A DNA stretch of 64,000 bases. Source: Lytechinus pictus (taxonomy: Eukaryota). Shown here piece by piece: positions 51,916 to 64,000 of the stretch (positions are counted from its first letter, which is position 1; each line of letters starts with the position of its first letter). Location of the stretch: positions 40,364,001 through 40,428,000 of the forward strand of contig NC_087251.1 in the NCBI RefSeq assembly GCF_037042905.1, written 5' to 3'. The notes beneath the pieces are model-generated. The model did no database searches. It saw only the letters and a list, made by a program, of their open reading frames with translations, and was not told the origin of the DNA. A program made the position numbers and the translations under genes.

Positions 51916-54349
51916 GTATAACATTCTCGAAAGAAAGGTGATTATAAGTGACAGTAAAGACTTTGTATTAAATAAAAGCTATAAAGTCACCAATTCTAAA
52001 AATCATGCTTCCATGGTAGCAAAGACATAGTCAGTATATGGTATGGCAAGTATATATCAAACAAGCTAAAGATTTTGTCATACCAAATGCTAAGAGCGTA
52101 CTTCCAAGTTACAGATAGATGATCAACAGATTAATTAACGCTTATACCTTTTATTATATATCGTATTGAATTTCTTCTCTTTTTGTTTTTTAGGGGGTAG
52201 CTGTATATATACAATTATGTTGGGGTCAACGTAAGTAATTTTAATAATTCCGCTCTTTTGTCTTTGTATTTGGATTGATAGTTGTCTTAAAACAGGTTTT
52301 GGTTATTTGTTTGGTATGTACGCCTGTTCGAGCAGTGGTACCGAGGGGAAGGGGGAATGTGGTCTTTGCCCCCCCCCCCCCCCCCGTCGACTGAAATCCT
52401 GGTGCTATGTGCAATTATACAGGCACTGCTATCTGTGGTTATACACGAGTTCATGCGAATGACATTCAGTATTATACTGTATTGGCCGTTGAACTAAATC
52501 CTAAGTTCTTTGACACTTTGCTCTCGTGTATCAGCAGACATTATTCGAAGATTTCATCCTTGGCTTTTCACCAGCCCCTCAATATTGATGATTCACATTT
52601 ATGTAACACATTATTCTTACATCATTAAGATCGTATTGCGATGACTTGATATAGGTACTAGTTTTTAAACGAAAGAGCGTTTAAGTCATGACATTATTTC
52701 CCCTTATTTAAATCATTATCAATTCAATAAGGGGCGACGCCCAAGTAGATTACGAGGGCCAGCGCCTCCTATGATATTTAAGCGGGAAAAGTGAGAAAAG
52801 GAAGAAAGTACACAGCCAAACGCTGTTTAAAATGTTTATGCAATGTTGTTTACTACATGAACTTAACAGCACTTTACAGTAGTTTTTTAACAGTATAGGC
52901 AAGTGCTCGAAATTTGAAACAACCATGTTTGATTTATTGAAGAATAAATATTAATAATTAAACTTTGTTGTTTAAACTGTTTAAAAAAAACTACTGTAAA
53001 TCTGTTATAGTTAATAACGTTTTATAAAATGTCAACAACGTTTTCCTGTGTAGAGCATAAAATGAGTGTTTTGAGTTGTTCAATAAACCACACCCTTTCT
53101 TGAGAAGATATGACGTCACCTTTAGATTGTTTTGCACCCCCCCCCCTCTATCGAATCGAAACACCATGTCGACACCCCTTGGATTTAAAAGGGTAATATT
53201 CATGGAAAGCTGATCGAAATGATTTTCTGTTCTCTTATTCTGCTGGACACCCCCACCCTCCCCTCCCTGATGACCCGATAGCCATTTTTTATATTCAACA
53301 ATTCTTTGCACCCGAAAATATTTGCATGGGGGTTGTAATACTGATGTATCAGTATAGAAAAGTCATCAAGATAGCCCATGTATAGGAGTGGTGAAAACTG
53401 TTGCTCTTTTCAATAGTAAGCAATTATTCTTTATTAATTTCACTTTTTACTTGAAAAGGTATTATCCCTAAGAGGGGGGGGGGGGGGCTACTTCAAAGAG
53501 CGAGGTACCTAAACGTTTAGAGTGTATTCTGACTTTTTTTTACTTAGAAAGTGGACTTTCCGTCACTTCTTTTGTTTTAAGATGTGAATGTGATGGTAGT
53601 ATGTGTGCATGGTTATATGCCCCCGTACATAGCCCTTGGTGTGGGGTGTCCCAAAAATTTTCAGGTCGATATATTGCTATCACCCCCCCCCCCCGCAACT
53701 GCTCGGACCGGATATACGCCAGTGTGTTGTAGTGTTGGCTGTAATGCTTGTTGACGGCTATGCCCGCAACGAGATATCCGTACAGACATGACGAATGTGG
53801 AGAATATTCGGCCGATTGATCGTTCGCTCGTGTGCATTACAAAGATGGAGAAGGGGGTAGAAAAGATAAAAAGAATGAGGGGGGGGGGTGGTAATATTTT
53901 CATGACGAACCAACATAATTATGAGGTCAATCCCATGCTTAATGTCTATATCGCGAAACTCTTATTTTTATACTTTTATTTAATAATGATAGATTTACTT
54001 TTGTTATCATAATCATAATCATCATCGTGATTATTATAATTATTATCATATTATTATCATTATTATTATTACTGCTATTACTATTACTATATTGTCATTA
54101 TTGTTATTTTCATTTTTATCATCATTATCATCATCCTTTATTTCTCATTCCTCTTTGTGTTGTTTATCTACGCCACGTAAAAGTAATTTTGATCTATATT
54201 AGATATAATATTTACCTCATTTTGCCAAACATATTCCCATCGACAGTGCAGGGAAGCGGGAACTCCCTTTATAGTAGATAAAGAAGGAGGCCCACACGGC
54301 CTGATCTCACTGTCTGTGCAGTGCGGTAGTTTTTATGTGCACCTTTTAA

Positions 54350-54450
54350 CCAATGAGAATCCATCTAACTGCTGTCGTCACAATGGTTATGACGGGATCT
54401 TCTTCGCACTGTCGGTGAAGTTATAAAGTACAGGAGCCTTGTCAGTTATC
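54350..54450 (+). promoter_or_regulatory. Core promoter of FAM181: CCAAT box and TATA box
   Basis: CCAAT 54350-54354, TATAAA 54422-54427, Inr-like TCAGTT 54442-54447, about 150-170 nt before the ATG. Confidence 0.6.
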
Positions 54451-54595
54451 CTGTATTATCTTGTTCAATAGCTGATGGAAGTGCAGCAGGATTTAGTGTC
54501 GTGTATAGATTGATGCATTGCTGACGTCGCAGATATAGTTGTAATTTGTCCCATAAACAATAAGAGCTTCAAAGTTTCTTTGCAATTTTTTGATA

Positions 54596-56158
54596 ATGAC
54601 TCAGGGGGAGGACCAGCGGCATGGGGCGACCGTAGGAGAATTTCAACGTAATTTAGACTTATCACATCTCACTGATACGAACAATTCACTAACTCGCAAT
54701 GGAACTTCCAATATACACTCGGTAGAGGAGATGTTACTGCCATCGTGCCTTCATCGTTCGACAACGAATCCACCATCCCACGGTGGCGAGGATGCCAAGA
54801 ATCTACTCCAGTTTGTCCATCATGCTTCGTGTGACATAAAAGCCGCACTCGATCAGGGTAACTACAAACAATTCCCACAACAATCAACCAGCTCTTATCC
54901 TCATAACAGGGGTGAAAGTTTAAAGAAAGACCATTCACCAGTTCGTCGGTTTTCTTCGGACGACATGATGTCACGTCATAATCATCATAATCATCCCTCT
55001 TCTCTGCCACTTCACCATCATCGTCAACAACAACAACCGCTTGTTCGAGAAAGAGATGGTATAGCTGGAGACGAATTGACCCCCGGAAGAGACGATGCAC
55101 ATCCCGGTAACTCGAGGGATATATTCCAAAAGCGACATGACTTAGCATTTCCTTTCGATGATCAGGATAACGAGCATTCAAAAAGTATTGACAATGAACA
55201 TATCGTTTTGTCCAGAAAAGACATCGACGATTGCAAATTAAGTGGTAATACTCGGGACAAAGGGGAGACGTTTCAAAATCGGCCAAAGAGTGATAATGAC
55301 ACGATGGATCTCTTCAGCTATGTTGATCTCTTACGAGAAAACAGTCATAAACAATCTAATGATGATGATCATTCTGAGAGCGATAACGGCAATGACTGTG
55401 AGACAATGTCAATACGAGCAAATATATCGGAAAAGAAAGCGTTATCGGTGGATGACATCGACAAGAGCAATAAGATCAACGCCGTGCCGTTAAGAAAACG
55501 ACGATTACCAGCGTCATTCTGGCAAGAACCAAAAGGCAAAAGTGACAATCATAAGATCATCACTCGACCAGCTGACCATTGTCTCGATGGACAGCCTCGG
55601 TCATTCGTCCACCATCCTGGTCTGAGTTTATTCGGACAGCTCAAACTACCCGTCCCAAGTCCTTTATCGCCCGGTCATCTCGATTTCGAATTCGGTCTTG
55701 GGCGCCATTTTTGTGGCGACAAGAATCCATTCGTGTACCCGTCTACCTCAGCCCCATCACCGTTCTTGAATCTTAACATGTCTTATCGTCCACACCTCCC
55801 AATGGGCGTGCATCACGGCGTCGATGAACGTCATCGTCATGGACTTCATGTACCGTGTGGTAATAACCTGTGTATGTGCCATCTTCAGAACCTAGCAGCA
55901 TTCTCTTCCAACGTTTGTGAACCGCCTTCTCAAAACACATCATCAGGGATGTTTGGGAGGAACCCGACTATTCCACCGGTATCTCCGATGGATAATACCC
56001 CGTCATCATCCCTGGCGTTAAGCCGGTGGAGTGCCATGCAATCTATTGATACACCACCTGATCTCTTGGGTGGGTATACTATGCCTCGAGTTCTCAAACC
56101 CATCCCAACTAAATCACTGACATCATACCCATCGCGCTTTCATCCTATTTTTACTTGA
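54596..56158 (+). CDS. FAM181: FAM181-family protein, 520 aa, intronless, with TEAD-binding omega-loop
   Basis: LLQFVHHASCDIKAALD (compare FAM181A LLNFVNLASSDIKAALD) and VPLRKRRLPASFWQEP (compare FAM181A PMRKRQLPASFWEEP). The first ATG is at 54596; the ORF track starts on a TTG. Confidence 0.88.
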   Translation: MTQGEDQRHGATVGEFQRNLDLSHLTDTNNSLTRNGTSNIHSVEEMLLPSCLHRSTTNPPSHGGEDAKNLLQFVHHASCDIKAALDQGNYKQFPQQSTSSYPHNRGESLKKDHSPVRRFSSDDMMSRHNHHNHPSSLPLHHHRQQQQPLVRERDGIAGDELTPGRDDAHPGNSRDIFQKRHDLAFPFDDQDNEHSKSIDNEHIVLSRKDIDDCKLSGNTRDKGETFQNRPKSDNDTMDLFSYVDLLRENSHKQSNDDDHSESDNGNDCETMSIRANISEKKALSVDDIDKSNKINAVPLRKRRLPASFWQEPKGKSDNHKIITRPADHCLDGQPRSFVHHPGLSLFGQLKLPVPSPLSPGHLDFEFGLGRHFCGDKNPFVYPSTSAPSPFLNLNMSYRPHLPMGVHHGVDERHRHGLHVPCGNNLCMCHLQNLAAFSSNVCEPPSQNTSSGMFGRNPTIPPVSPMDNTPSSSLALSRWSAMQSIDTPPDLLGGYTMPRVLKPIPTKSLTSYPSRFHPIFT

Positions 56159-59100
56159 TATTGATGCTGACTTATTTTCCAATTTTGGCAAAAAGTGCTA
56201 TGCAAGTACATGAAGTATACATCGGATGACGGAAATGACGGTGACAAGGACGCAAAGTAAAAGCCACAACAGACCCCCATCCCTTCCCCCATTTCCGTAT
56301 TTCTTTCCTAATCAATGAAAGCATTTTGGTGTTCGAGAAAGGATTCCTTGTCATCAATCTCTAAGCTCCAAATCGGATTTCACGACAAACCCATCTCTCT
56401 GGATGGAATACACTTGTATGGGAAACGTCATTTTGTAGAGAACGCATTCAAGAAAGTGGCATCCACAACGGGACACGTTACGATTTAATCCTGATAATAC
56501 TCGGGCTAGAAATCTCATTATCGTTCTTTATTTCGTAATACTTCTGTCCGTGAAAGTTGCTTCTCATTAGAATTTTTAAGCATTAACTTCTTTTGATCCT
56601 GTATTTTGGTGCGTATAGTCACGCCTAAAACCTGCGATTTAAATCGACTTTAAAATAGTGTAAATTATTCTCTTCAATCCAGATTTATAGTCAAATAGAG
56701 AGAAATTTAAATTGTCACAAGTATTGCGAGAGATGCGTATACATCCACTTTGTTTGCCCCTTTGGGCTTATTGATAGGCTGCACTGACTATTTCACATGG
56801 ATGATAACTTTTTTAAGTTTTGACCATCACATTTTTGTAACCAGTTCTTGTAACCAAGTTTTCATCAGGAAAATACAACCTCTTTCTATTTTCGAGAAGA
56901 AGCTGCATAGGCTTACAACATTTTATTTTAATAAGAGTGTAGTTTGTTAATATGGTTTCTGACATACTACCATGATTTTTATCATTTTTTAAATACCAAT
57001 ACTTTTTGCTTCAACAAAATGCTCGCGAGAAAAAGAATCGCACAAAATTTAGCGGGAAAAAAATCGTATTCTTGGTGATTTTTTGAGGGGCCATCGATTC
57101 ACTTCTGTATTTTCATTATATTGTTGATATTACGGTCTTGCTTTAGAATACATAAGAATGAAATTGATTTTTAACATATATTTCTTGAATATTGGAAATC
57201 TATCACAGATTGTTCTTTTTAAGTGTTATGATTTTAAAATAGCCTGTGCAAATATAGCAATGATTTCTCGTCTAACTTTACAGACATAATTGATATACAT
57301 TGATCTTATTCACAAATTTCGATGTTCTTTTGATTAGTATTTTCTTCGGTTTATTTGTTTCAACCGCTGATTTAATTTTACCGTATGATATCAACAATTT
57401 TAAACAAGATGATGCCTTAGTTTATATCAGTAAAATATCAAAGTACGAGGATTACTAGTCGAACAAAGTAGGTTCATTAACAAAGCGTGTGGAAATGTAG
57501 AGTTTCTGAAATAACTATCAGGTGATTAAAAAAAAAGAAAGTCATTGAAAAGTTATCTCATGAAACTTTATTGCCAACTTACATTTTTTTTGCTGCCAAT
57601 ATAATTTTGTCAAGACTTTCGATGTGTTTGGATAAAATGTGATAATATAAATCCATACTAATCGAACTCAGTTGTAGATATTTAATTGAGTTTTCAGTGC
57701 TGCATTATTTCCACACTTTGGTTTTACCTCTTTTTATTATCAATGATACTAAAATACATTTCTATCATATCGTTTTAACTTTATAATGTTAGAAAATGCA
57801 CTTGAAAATTTTCTCTCTCTTTCAAAATTAGAATGGAGCATAAATCTATAGACAACATTGATGAGATATCTCAATTTCAATGTGCCAAGAATACTAATAT
57901 TTCTTACAACGATATATGTTTACTCATATGGATAAGAGGGTTGATAGTTATACTCGTTTAGGAAAATGACTTGGAGTGGGTACCCCAATGGCTGTTCATG
58001 TGTGGTGTATAATATTGACATGATTGATATCAACTCGGGTTCCTCAATCAAAACTCTGATCAAGCATAATGTAGGTTTTCAAATATCGATAGTTTCATTG
58101 CCTCATTGGTTCTGAAGATTATCTCAAATAAACGATAAAAATATCAACACTTCTTAAAGGGTTTTCTTCATCACTTTGTCACTTTGGTTCATTATGATAT
58201 AAGATTACGTTGTGTTCAATTACATATTTATTATATGAACGAGATGAATATTTCATTATCAACAGTAATTAAGGACTTGTCGAAATAGACAGAGATGAAT
58301 CTGTTACGGTAGACGGAGTTTTAGCGATGCTTGAGTAACGAGTGCAATATTTTTTTTCTTTAGTAACAATCGGATGCTGATTGTTGTGTTAGAACGGGTT
58401 CGGTCAAGCAAAGCTTCATCTCTAATCATATTTTCTTCTACAATTTTGTACATTGCTTCAGATATTGATAACGCGCATTATCTATTTACGATTGTACAAA
58501 ATACACCCGAAGATTATAACGTATAATCTTAAACTTCTTAGAATTCTGAATTTCTATCGTCTTTCGGAATTTATTAGAGAGAATATTGTGGATGAACGAG
58601 AACATATAGGTTTATCTCATGCTGGGATGATCACTATGTTCGTATTGTATGTATGTAAATATATATTTAAAATATTGTAACATAAGTTCATCGAGGTTTT
58701 CTCGAATATGCTTCCATGGTTAATTTGAAACTGACACTTCAGCAATGATCTGAAACGAAAGTGAATATTGATAGATTTCTTCTACTTTCCTTTTTTCGGC
58801 GCTGATTTTTTTTCCCATTAAAAAAATGATCGACGCAATTTCACTTGACTTGCCATCTTACGTGTTTGACATTGATGTGAAGCAGTTTTAACAATGCTTT
58901 CAAATATAATATGATATTGGATTATGACAGACTTTGATGTTTTATTTTTCTTCTTTTTCAGACTCCGGTATAATAATCGTAATGCTTTCATTTGGTTTTG
59001 ACATTCTATATGTATATATGCATTTGCAATGCTACGGAAGTTTGGGTTGTTATTTATATCTATAATCATAGTGTGTGACGTTGATAATTTTGCTGTCAGT

Positions 59101-59460
59101 ATGATTCTGATCAATTAACGCAAATTATGAATGAAGAGGAAATGAATGGAAATAAACTGAAAGAATTGATTACATTTATTTTCTCTGTTTTCAATCTGAA
59201 GGGTGTAATATCCGAATGTGCACCTTTAATGGTTGTAATTCATTGGATATTTTCGTGTATTGCAACCGTTGGATGGTGAATCGAGATACCGTGAATGGGA
59301 AATAAAAAAATTTAAAAAAATTGCCATTTCGATCCAATGCTGTTCCAGTAACTCTAATGGAAAGAACACAGTCTGTTCACTGTGTGGAACACAATTTGAA
59401 ATCACCTCCATACAGTTAAATATGAACATTTCAACAGAATGCATATTTTCACACAGTCCA

Positions 59461-59925
59461 CTATGTGAACGCTCTGTGTGAGCACACTGTGTGAACACAC
59501 TGTGTGAGCACACTATGTGAATACACTGTGTGAGCACATTGTGTGAATACACTGTGTGAGCACACTGTGTGAACACACTGTGTGAGCACAATGTGTGAAC
59601 ATACTGTGTGAGCACACTGTGTGAACACACTGTGTGAGCACACTATGTGAATACACTGTGTGAGCACATTGTGTGAGCACACTATGTGAACACACTGTGT
59701 GAGTACACTATGTGAACACACTGTGTGAGCACACTATGTGAACACACTGTGTGAGCACAGTATGTGAACACACTGTGTGAGCACACTTTGTGAACACACT
59801 GTGTGAGCACACTATGTGAACACACTGTGTGAGCACACTATATGAACACAATCTGTGAACACACTGTGTGAGCACACTATGTAAACACACTGTGTAAGCA
59901 CCCTGTGTAAGCACCCTGTGTGACA
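59461..59925. repeat. 13-bp minisatellite with a 26-bp dimer structure
   Basis: Alternating ACACTGTGTGAGC / ACACTRTGTGAAY, about 35 units. Confidence 0.95.
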
Positions 59926-62289
59926 CTTCTTTCCATCAGGGAATATAATACCACCACCACAATAGTATATGTACCTGATCATGAAGGCATGTCAGAAAAC
60001 AAGGTAGTTCTTTTATACAATTGAGTATGTGAATTTAAGAATGGCTCATTAAAATCTATGATAGTTCAATTCAAGTAAATCAAGAAAAAAGGAAAAAAAT
60101 ATGTATGTGGGTCCAATGAAAATTTTAGTGACTTTCTTCGGGCACTTCGGTAGTGGAATTTCAGGATGTACTAACTTACACACAAATTGAGTTCATGTAA
60201 AATCAAATTTCCGGCCCTGTTAGATTTAATTTGACCAATGTTTTTTGATAATCATATTATCTCAATTATACATTAACATTCTTAACATTAATGCTTGTTA
60301 AACATCTTAATCATTTTATTGTAGTGAGACCACTATAATCTAATAAATGTCAATAAACTAAGTAGCTATACCTTAAAAACTAGATAAAAATGAGGAACTA
60401 TTTCATTTTATTGATCTCATCTGCATTCATATCATACATTTTAATTACTTAATAAAATAACATGACTATTGTCATGTATCATATATTGAAGTGTACTAAA
60501 AATATCAAAATGATGTACTACCTAATCATTAGAACATATTTAAGTAGAAGGATTATATTTCCACATTTTTCCGTAGTTGAACAAAGTGTGACTGTGTATG
60601 AGGTATGTTCTGGTTAAAGCGAGAGTGAGGCAGGGGGGGGGGGCTGAAAAAACGAAAAGAAAATACTCTTTATTAATATAAAAATAAAATTTTCTATCAA
60701 AATGTGGACCATTCGATTCTTTAATTTAAATATAGGAATACGAAAACGCTCTTGCATCAATCTCTTTCGCTTCTCAGTCACGTGAGTATTCTTGAACATT
60801 TAGCAGATATCCCCACCCCGACAATTCCCCCCCCCAAGAGGGGGGGGGGGGATGCAGTGTTGAAGGAGTTATATTATTCTAGCGTATCGAATGTTTTAAA
60901 CATCTTTATTATGCAGACTCGCTAAAAGAACTGTGATCTAATCGATCGAAAACAAAATGAGTAGCTTCAAATTTGTTGTACTCGTTTATCGAGTGTAAGC
61001 AAGGGACAAACAAGGAACAGCACAACTATATGTAATATATTTTCTTAACCTCAAATGGACGTGAAAGGGTTTCCTACATGTTATCAATCTTTCCTTGCAT
61101 ACCATAGCTTTCAATGGCAAGTTAAAATATTTACATGTATTCATATATACATTTACCATTAATACAATTTTGTTTTCTCCAGTTTCAAAGATAATTGGAA
61201 TTTGACTAACCTATCAATATCTTGAAAGAAGGTTGATCACCCATCCCCCGTAAAATGAAGCCAGCGAGAGCCAGTACTAGCTTACATCGATCACCATGCC
61301 ATTGCCATAATATCACTTTAGAGGTGGGATTCATACACATGCCGACAAACATTATTTCAAAACAGCAAACAGCAGGCTATGTTTTGTGAAGTAGGGGCGC
61401 TCGTAGCATGACACACAGGCAGCTGCTATCAAGTAATAATAGCTTACCAACCGGTTGGAAAGAGACATTACACTGCAGATATCCGGTTTGAAGCTCATTA
61501 GAGATTATTAGGTAAAACATTTTATTCACAATTAGACAACTATAAATGTAGAATGATCCTGATTTCCTGTCTTATTATAGTCTTCGATGTACAATACATT
61601 ATACTGGTAATTATGATGATGAAGAAATGATAGGTGATGGGGATTTTCTTGTGTCCCTACGTAGATTGAGATGGGGAGATCACCCCCCCCCCCCTGTTCC
61701 CTCCCAAATCTACAACGAGGCAACATTAACGGGAAATAATTTCTAGCACGTATAATCTAAATACAGACATCCAGTAGCTAAGGGGATGACAATTTTAATT
61801 AATTTATCTTCTGTTCCTTCGTACACACATCGCACTGAAGGCGAGCCATCCCTGGATTTGTGGCTAACATATCCTCAGATTAAGGGATGAATCAAAAGAG
61901 CGGCTTCGAGAAGGGTGAGGAACGCCTGACAACTTCAAAACACAGAGCCAGAATCTTGACCACTGTCATTTGCCCAATGGACCTTCCCCTATCAACAGTT
62001 TGTATAATGAACAACGATACCCACCTCATTTTAATCCAAATCTCCTTCAATCCATCGGTTAATTTTGGAATTTGCTACGCCTTGTCCGCCAAAATTAATA
62101 TACACGTCAATCAAAATAAAGTCAGCTACCAAATTGAGGTGTTCCGTTCATGTGAAACTGTGATATTACCTTCCACAATATTGGTTGTCAGGGATAATCT
62201 GATCCTAATCCATAGGTTAAGAACAAGGTTTTACATCGTCATTGTTGTTTTTCCAATACCCCTAACGACCTTTTCTCCTAAATGTATTC

Positions 62290-62665
62290 GATTGGTCTAC
62301 AAGCTGTTGGTCTACCTTTCAGACCTCTCTTCTAATTGCCGTTTGGTGTATGCTACACTTGGTTTAATACACGCTTAGTCTAATATTCATTTAGTCTAAT
62401 AATCATTTAGTCTAATGCCCAGTTGGTCTAATTTTCACTTCGGATGCCTGTTATTTGTCAATTGAAAATTTGGTTCACAGATAATTTAACCATAGATAAT
62501 TAGTGGTGTTAGACCAAGTAGATATTGGATAAAATGAGTATAGCATAGCATAACTGGAAATTAGACAAACAAGTAAATGGCAATTAGACCAAATGGTTAT
62601 TAGACGAACTGGGATTAGACCATGTGGGATGAGACCATGAGTAGAGTATATGAAGTGGGTGTTAA
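62290..62665. repeat. Foldback-like repeat made of TTGGTCTA(AT) motifs followed by inverted (AT)TAGACCAA motifs
   Basis: Several GTCTA motifs in the left half and TAGAC motifs in the right half. Confidence 0.55.
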
Positions 62666-62809
62666 CCAATTTATATTCTAATAAAGTATATCATAATGAG
62701 GAACAAGGCCTGAATAAAAGAAATAAAAAAGACAAATCATAATGCAGTCATCATTAAATGATACGTCATTTCAGGCCCGAATTTCAGGGTGCCCCCATCC
62801 CCCAAAAAA

Positions 62810-63120
62810 TTGCACCTCTGACAAGTTTGTATGCAGTACTTCTGTGTGCTCTGCACTGTCTAGCATTTAAAATAAGAGTCTTTAATCATCCAGAATCTGA
62901 ACAGAGAATTCCCTGATCTGACCAGTAAAATCTCCATGACCTAACCAAGCTCATCAAATCATAACATTGAGAAAGTTACATCAGCGTTTGATAGTCCGTT
63001 CCAAGTTTGCTCATGTAAAATGCACACGGATGGGTTGAACAGGCCATGCCAGTTTCCTACCTGAATCAATGTTTCTCTTCAACAACTGGATTATTGGATT
63101 GGTAAAGGCTTGCTGGGGAA
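62810..63120 (-). pseudogene. Possible highly decayed LINE ORF2 fragment
   Basis: Minus-strand fragments WHGLFNPSVC and TAYKLVR resemble the WxxxFNxxKC and AYKxLVRP motifs. Confidence 0.3.
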
Positions 63121-63163
63121 GTTTCATAATATTAAAAATACAATTTTTTTGCTTTCACTTAGT

Positions 63164-63296
63164 AAATAAGATCGCATTGATCGATCACATGTACTGAGGG
63201 AATTGTTCATATTTTATCATTATTATGCCTAGTGGTAGAGTCGCTGACCGGCAATCAGTAGATGACAAATTCATATCGATCAATGTGATCTTATTT
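63164..63296. repeat. Inverted repeat pair, MITE-like
   Basis: AAATAAGATCGCATTGATCGAT ... ATCGATCAATGTGATCTTATTT. Confidence 0.7.
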
Positions 63297-64000
63297 AATG
63301 GGGGAAAGCCCAGTAATAACTGTATTATTGTATTCATTTCTGTTTTTCTTTTATTAAGTTACGGAGATGAAGTTGATTTACCTAGTTGATTTTAAAAAGT
63401 TCATTTCCACTTGCAAAGTTCCCTTTCCCTAAGTGTGATACACTTGTATAAAACAAATTTTCATGTTTCACAATCAATTTTTTTTTCTACCCATGTGAGC
63501 TTTACTCGTTTCTTCTGGCTTCTTCAGACACTTGTTGTTTGTCCACTATCCAGCTTATAAATGCTCGTCTATTTTCTTTCAGATGAGTTCACTGATTCCC
63601 CCATCAAAGATTAAAAAAATGCATACAAAGGGACATGCAATCTGCTATGTGTGACACACTATAAAAGAACCGAGTATCAGTCGAAGATCCACGGGGGGGG
63701 GGGGGCACATCCGGCCCGTGCCCCGCCCTTTCGAGAGCCATAGTCAATATTTTTAATGTAAATATGCCGTTCTTACACAGATAAGTGTGCCCCCTTGAAT
63801 GTTACAGCATATATTTTTAATTGCAATTTTTTGATGAGACACAAGTGATTCGTTTTGCTTGTCAATTTTTTTTCGTGGACGAAATGACCTTCAATTTTTG
63901 GTATAAACCTTTTTTTTATTTTTTATTGTCGAGTTTTCCTTTGGAAAATCCTGGATCCGCCCCTGGCGAGTATTATATTATTGTTATTATTATTTTCTTG

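Noticed and set aside
11406..53118. About eight perfect CRE sites (TGACGTCA)
   Set aside because: They are scattered over the window without clustering and several are inside transposon copies. Not interpretable without a background count.
50084..54152. TEAD-type CATTCC motifs upstream of FAM181 (feedback idea)
   Set aside because: I saw only a couple of hexamers, which is about chance level.
54669..55286. 205-aa antisense ORF inside FAM181
   Set aside because: No motifs; a likely shadow of the sense CDS.
59226..59926. Cys/His-rich repeat proteins on the minus strand
   Set aside because: All three frames give the same repeating peptide because the unit is 13 bp. This is a minisatellite artefact.
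63493..63531. Second hammerhead-like string on the minus strand (CTGAAGA...GAAACGAG...CTC)
   Set aside because: Helix II does not pair and the GUH cleavage triplet is absent. At best a dead relic.

Overview
AT-rich animal genomic DNA, not prokaryotic. An invertebrate deuterostome such as a sea urchin is my inference from the repeat landscape. Three protein-coding genes are visible, all on the + strand: the last exon of mitochondrial ribosomal protein S12 (800-1212), a giant/CES-2-type PAR-bZIP transcription factor (CDS 21858-23174, probable non-coding first exon near 13.0-13.2 kb), and an intronless FAM181-family protein with a YAP-like TEAD-binding omega-loop (54596-56158). The rest is dense with non-autonomous DNA transposons (TTAA/Kolobok-like, TA/Tc1-like foldbacks, hAT, PIF/Harbinger), SINEs, LINE remnants and minisatellites. 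The most interesting observations are: (1) a complete type I hammerhead ribozyme core in a short (TA)n-flanked cassette at 4777-4838; (2) twelve perfect TTACGTAA PAR-bZIP sites confined to the 24 kb around the bZIP gene, suggesting an autoregulatory landscape; (3) a SINE-like element whose head resembles the 7SL/Alu domain, joined to a Deu-like core (37936-38090); (4) a divergent invertebrate FAM181 with chained uORFs. All calls were made by eye and no database searches were run.
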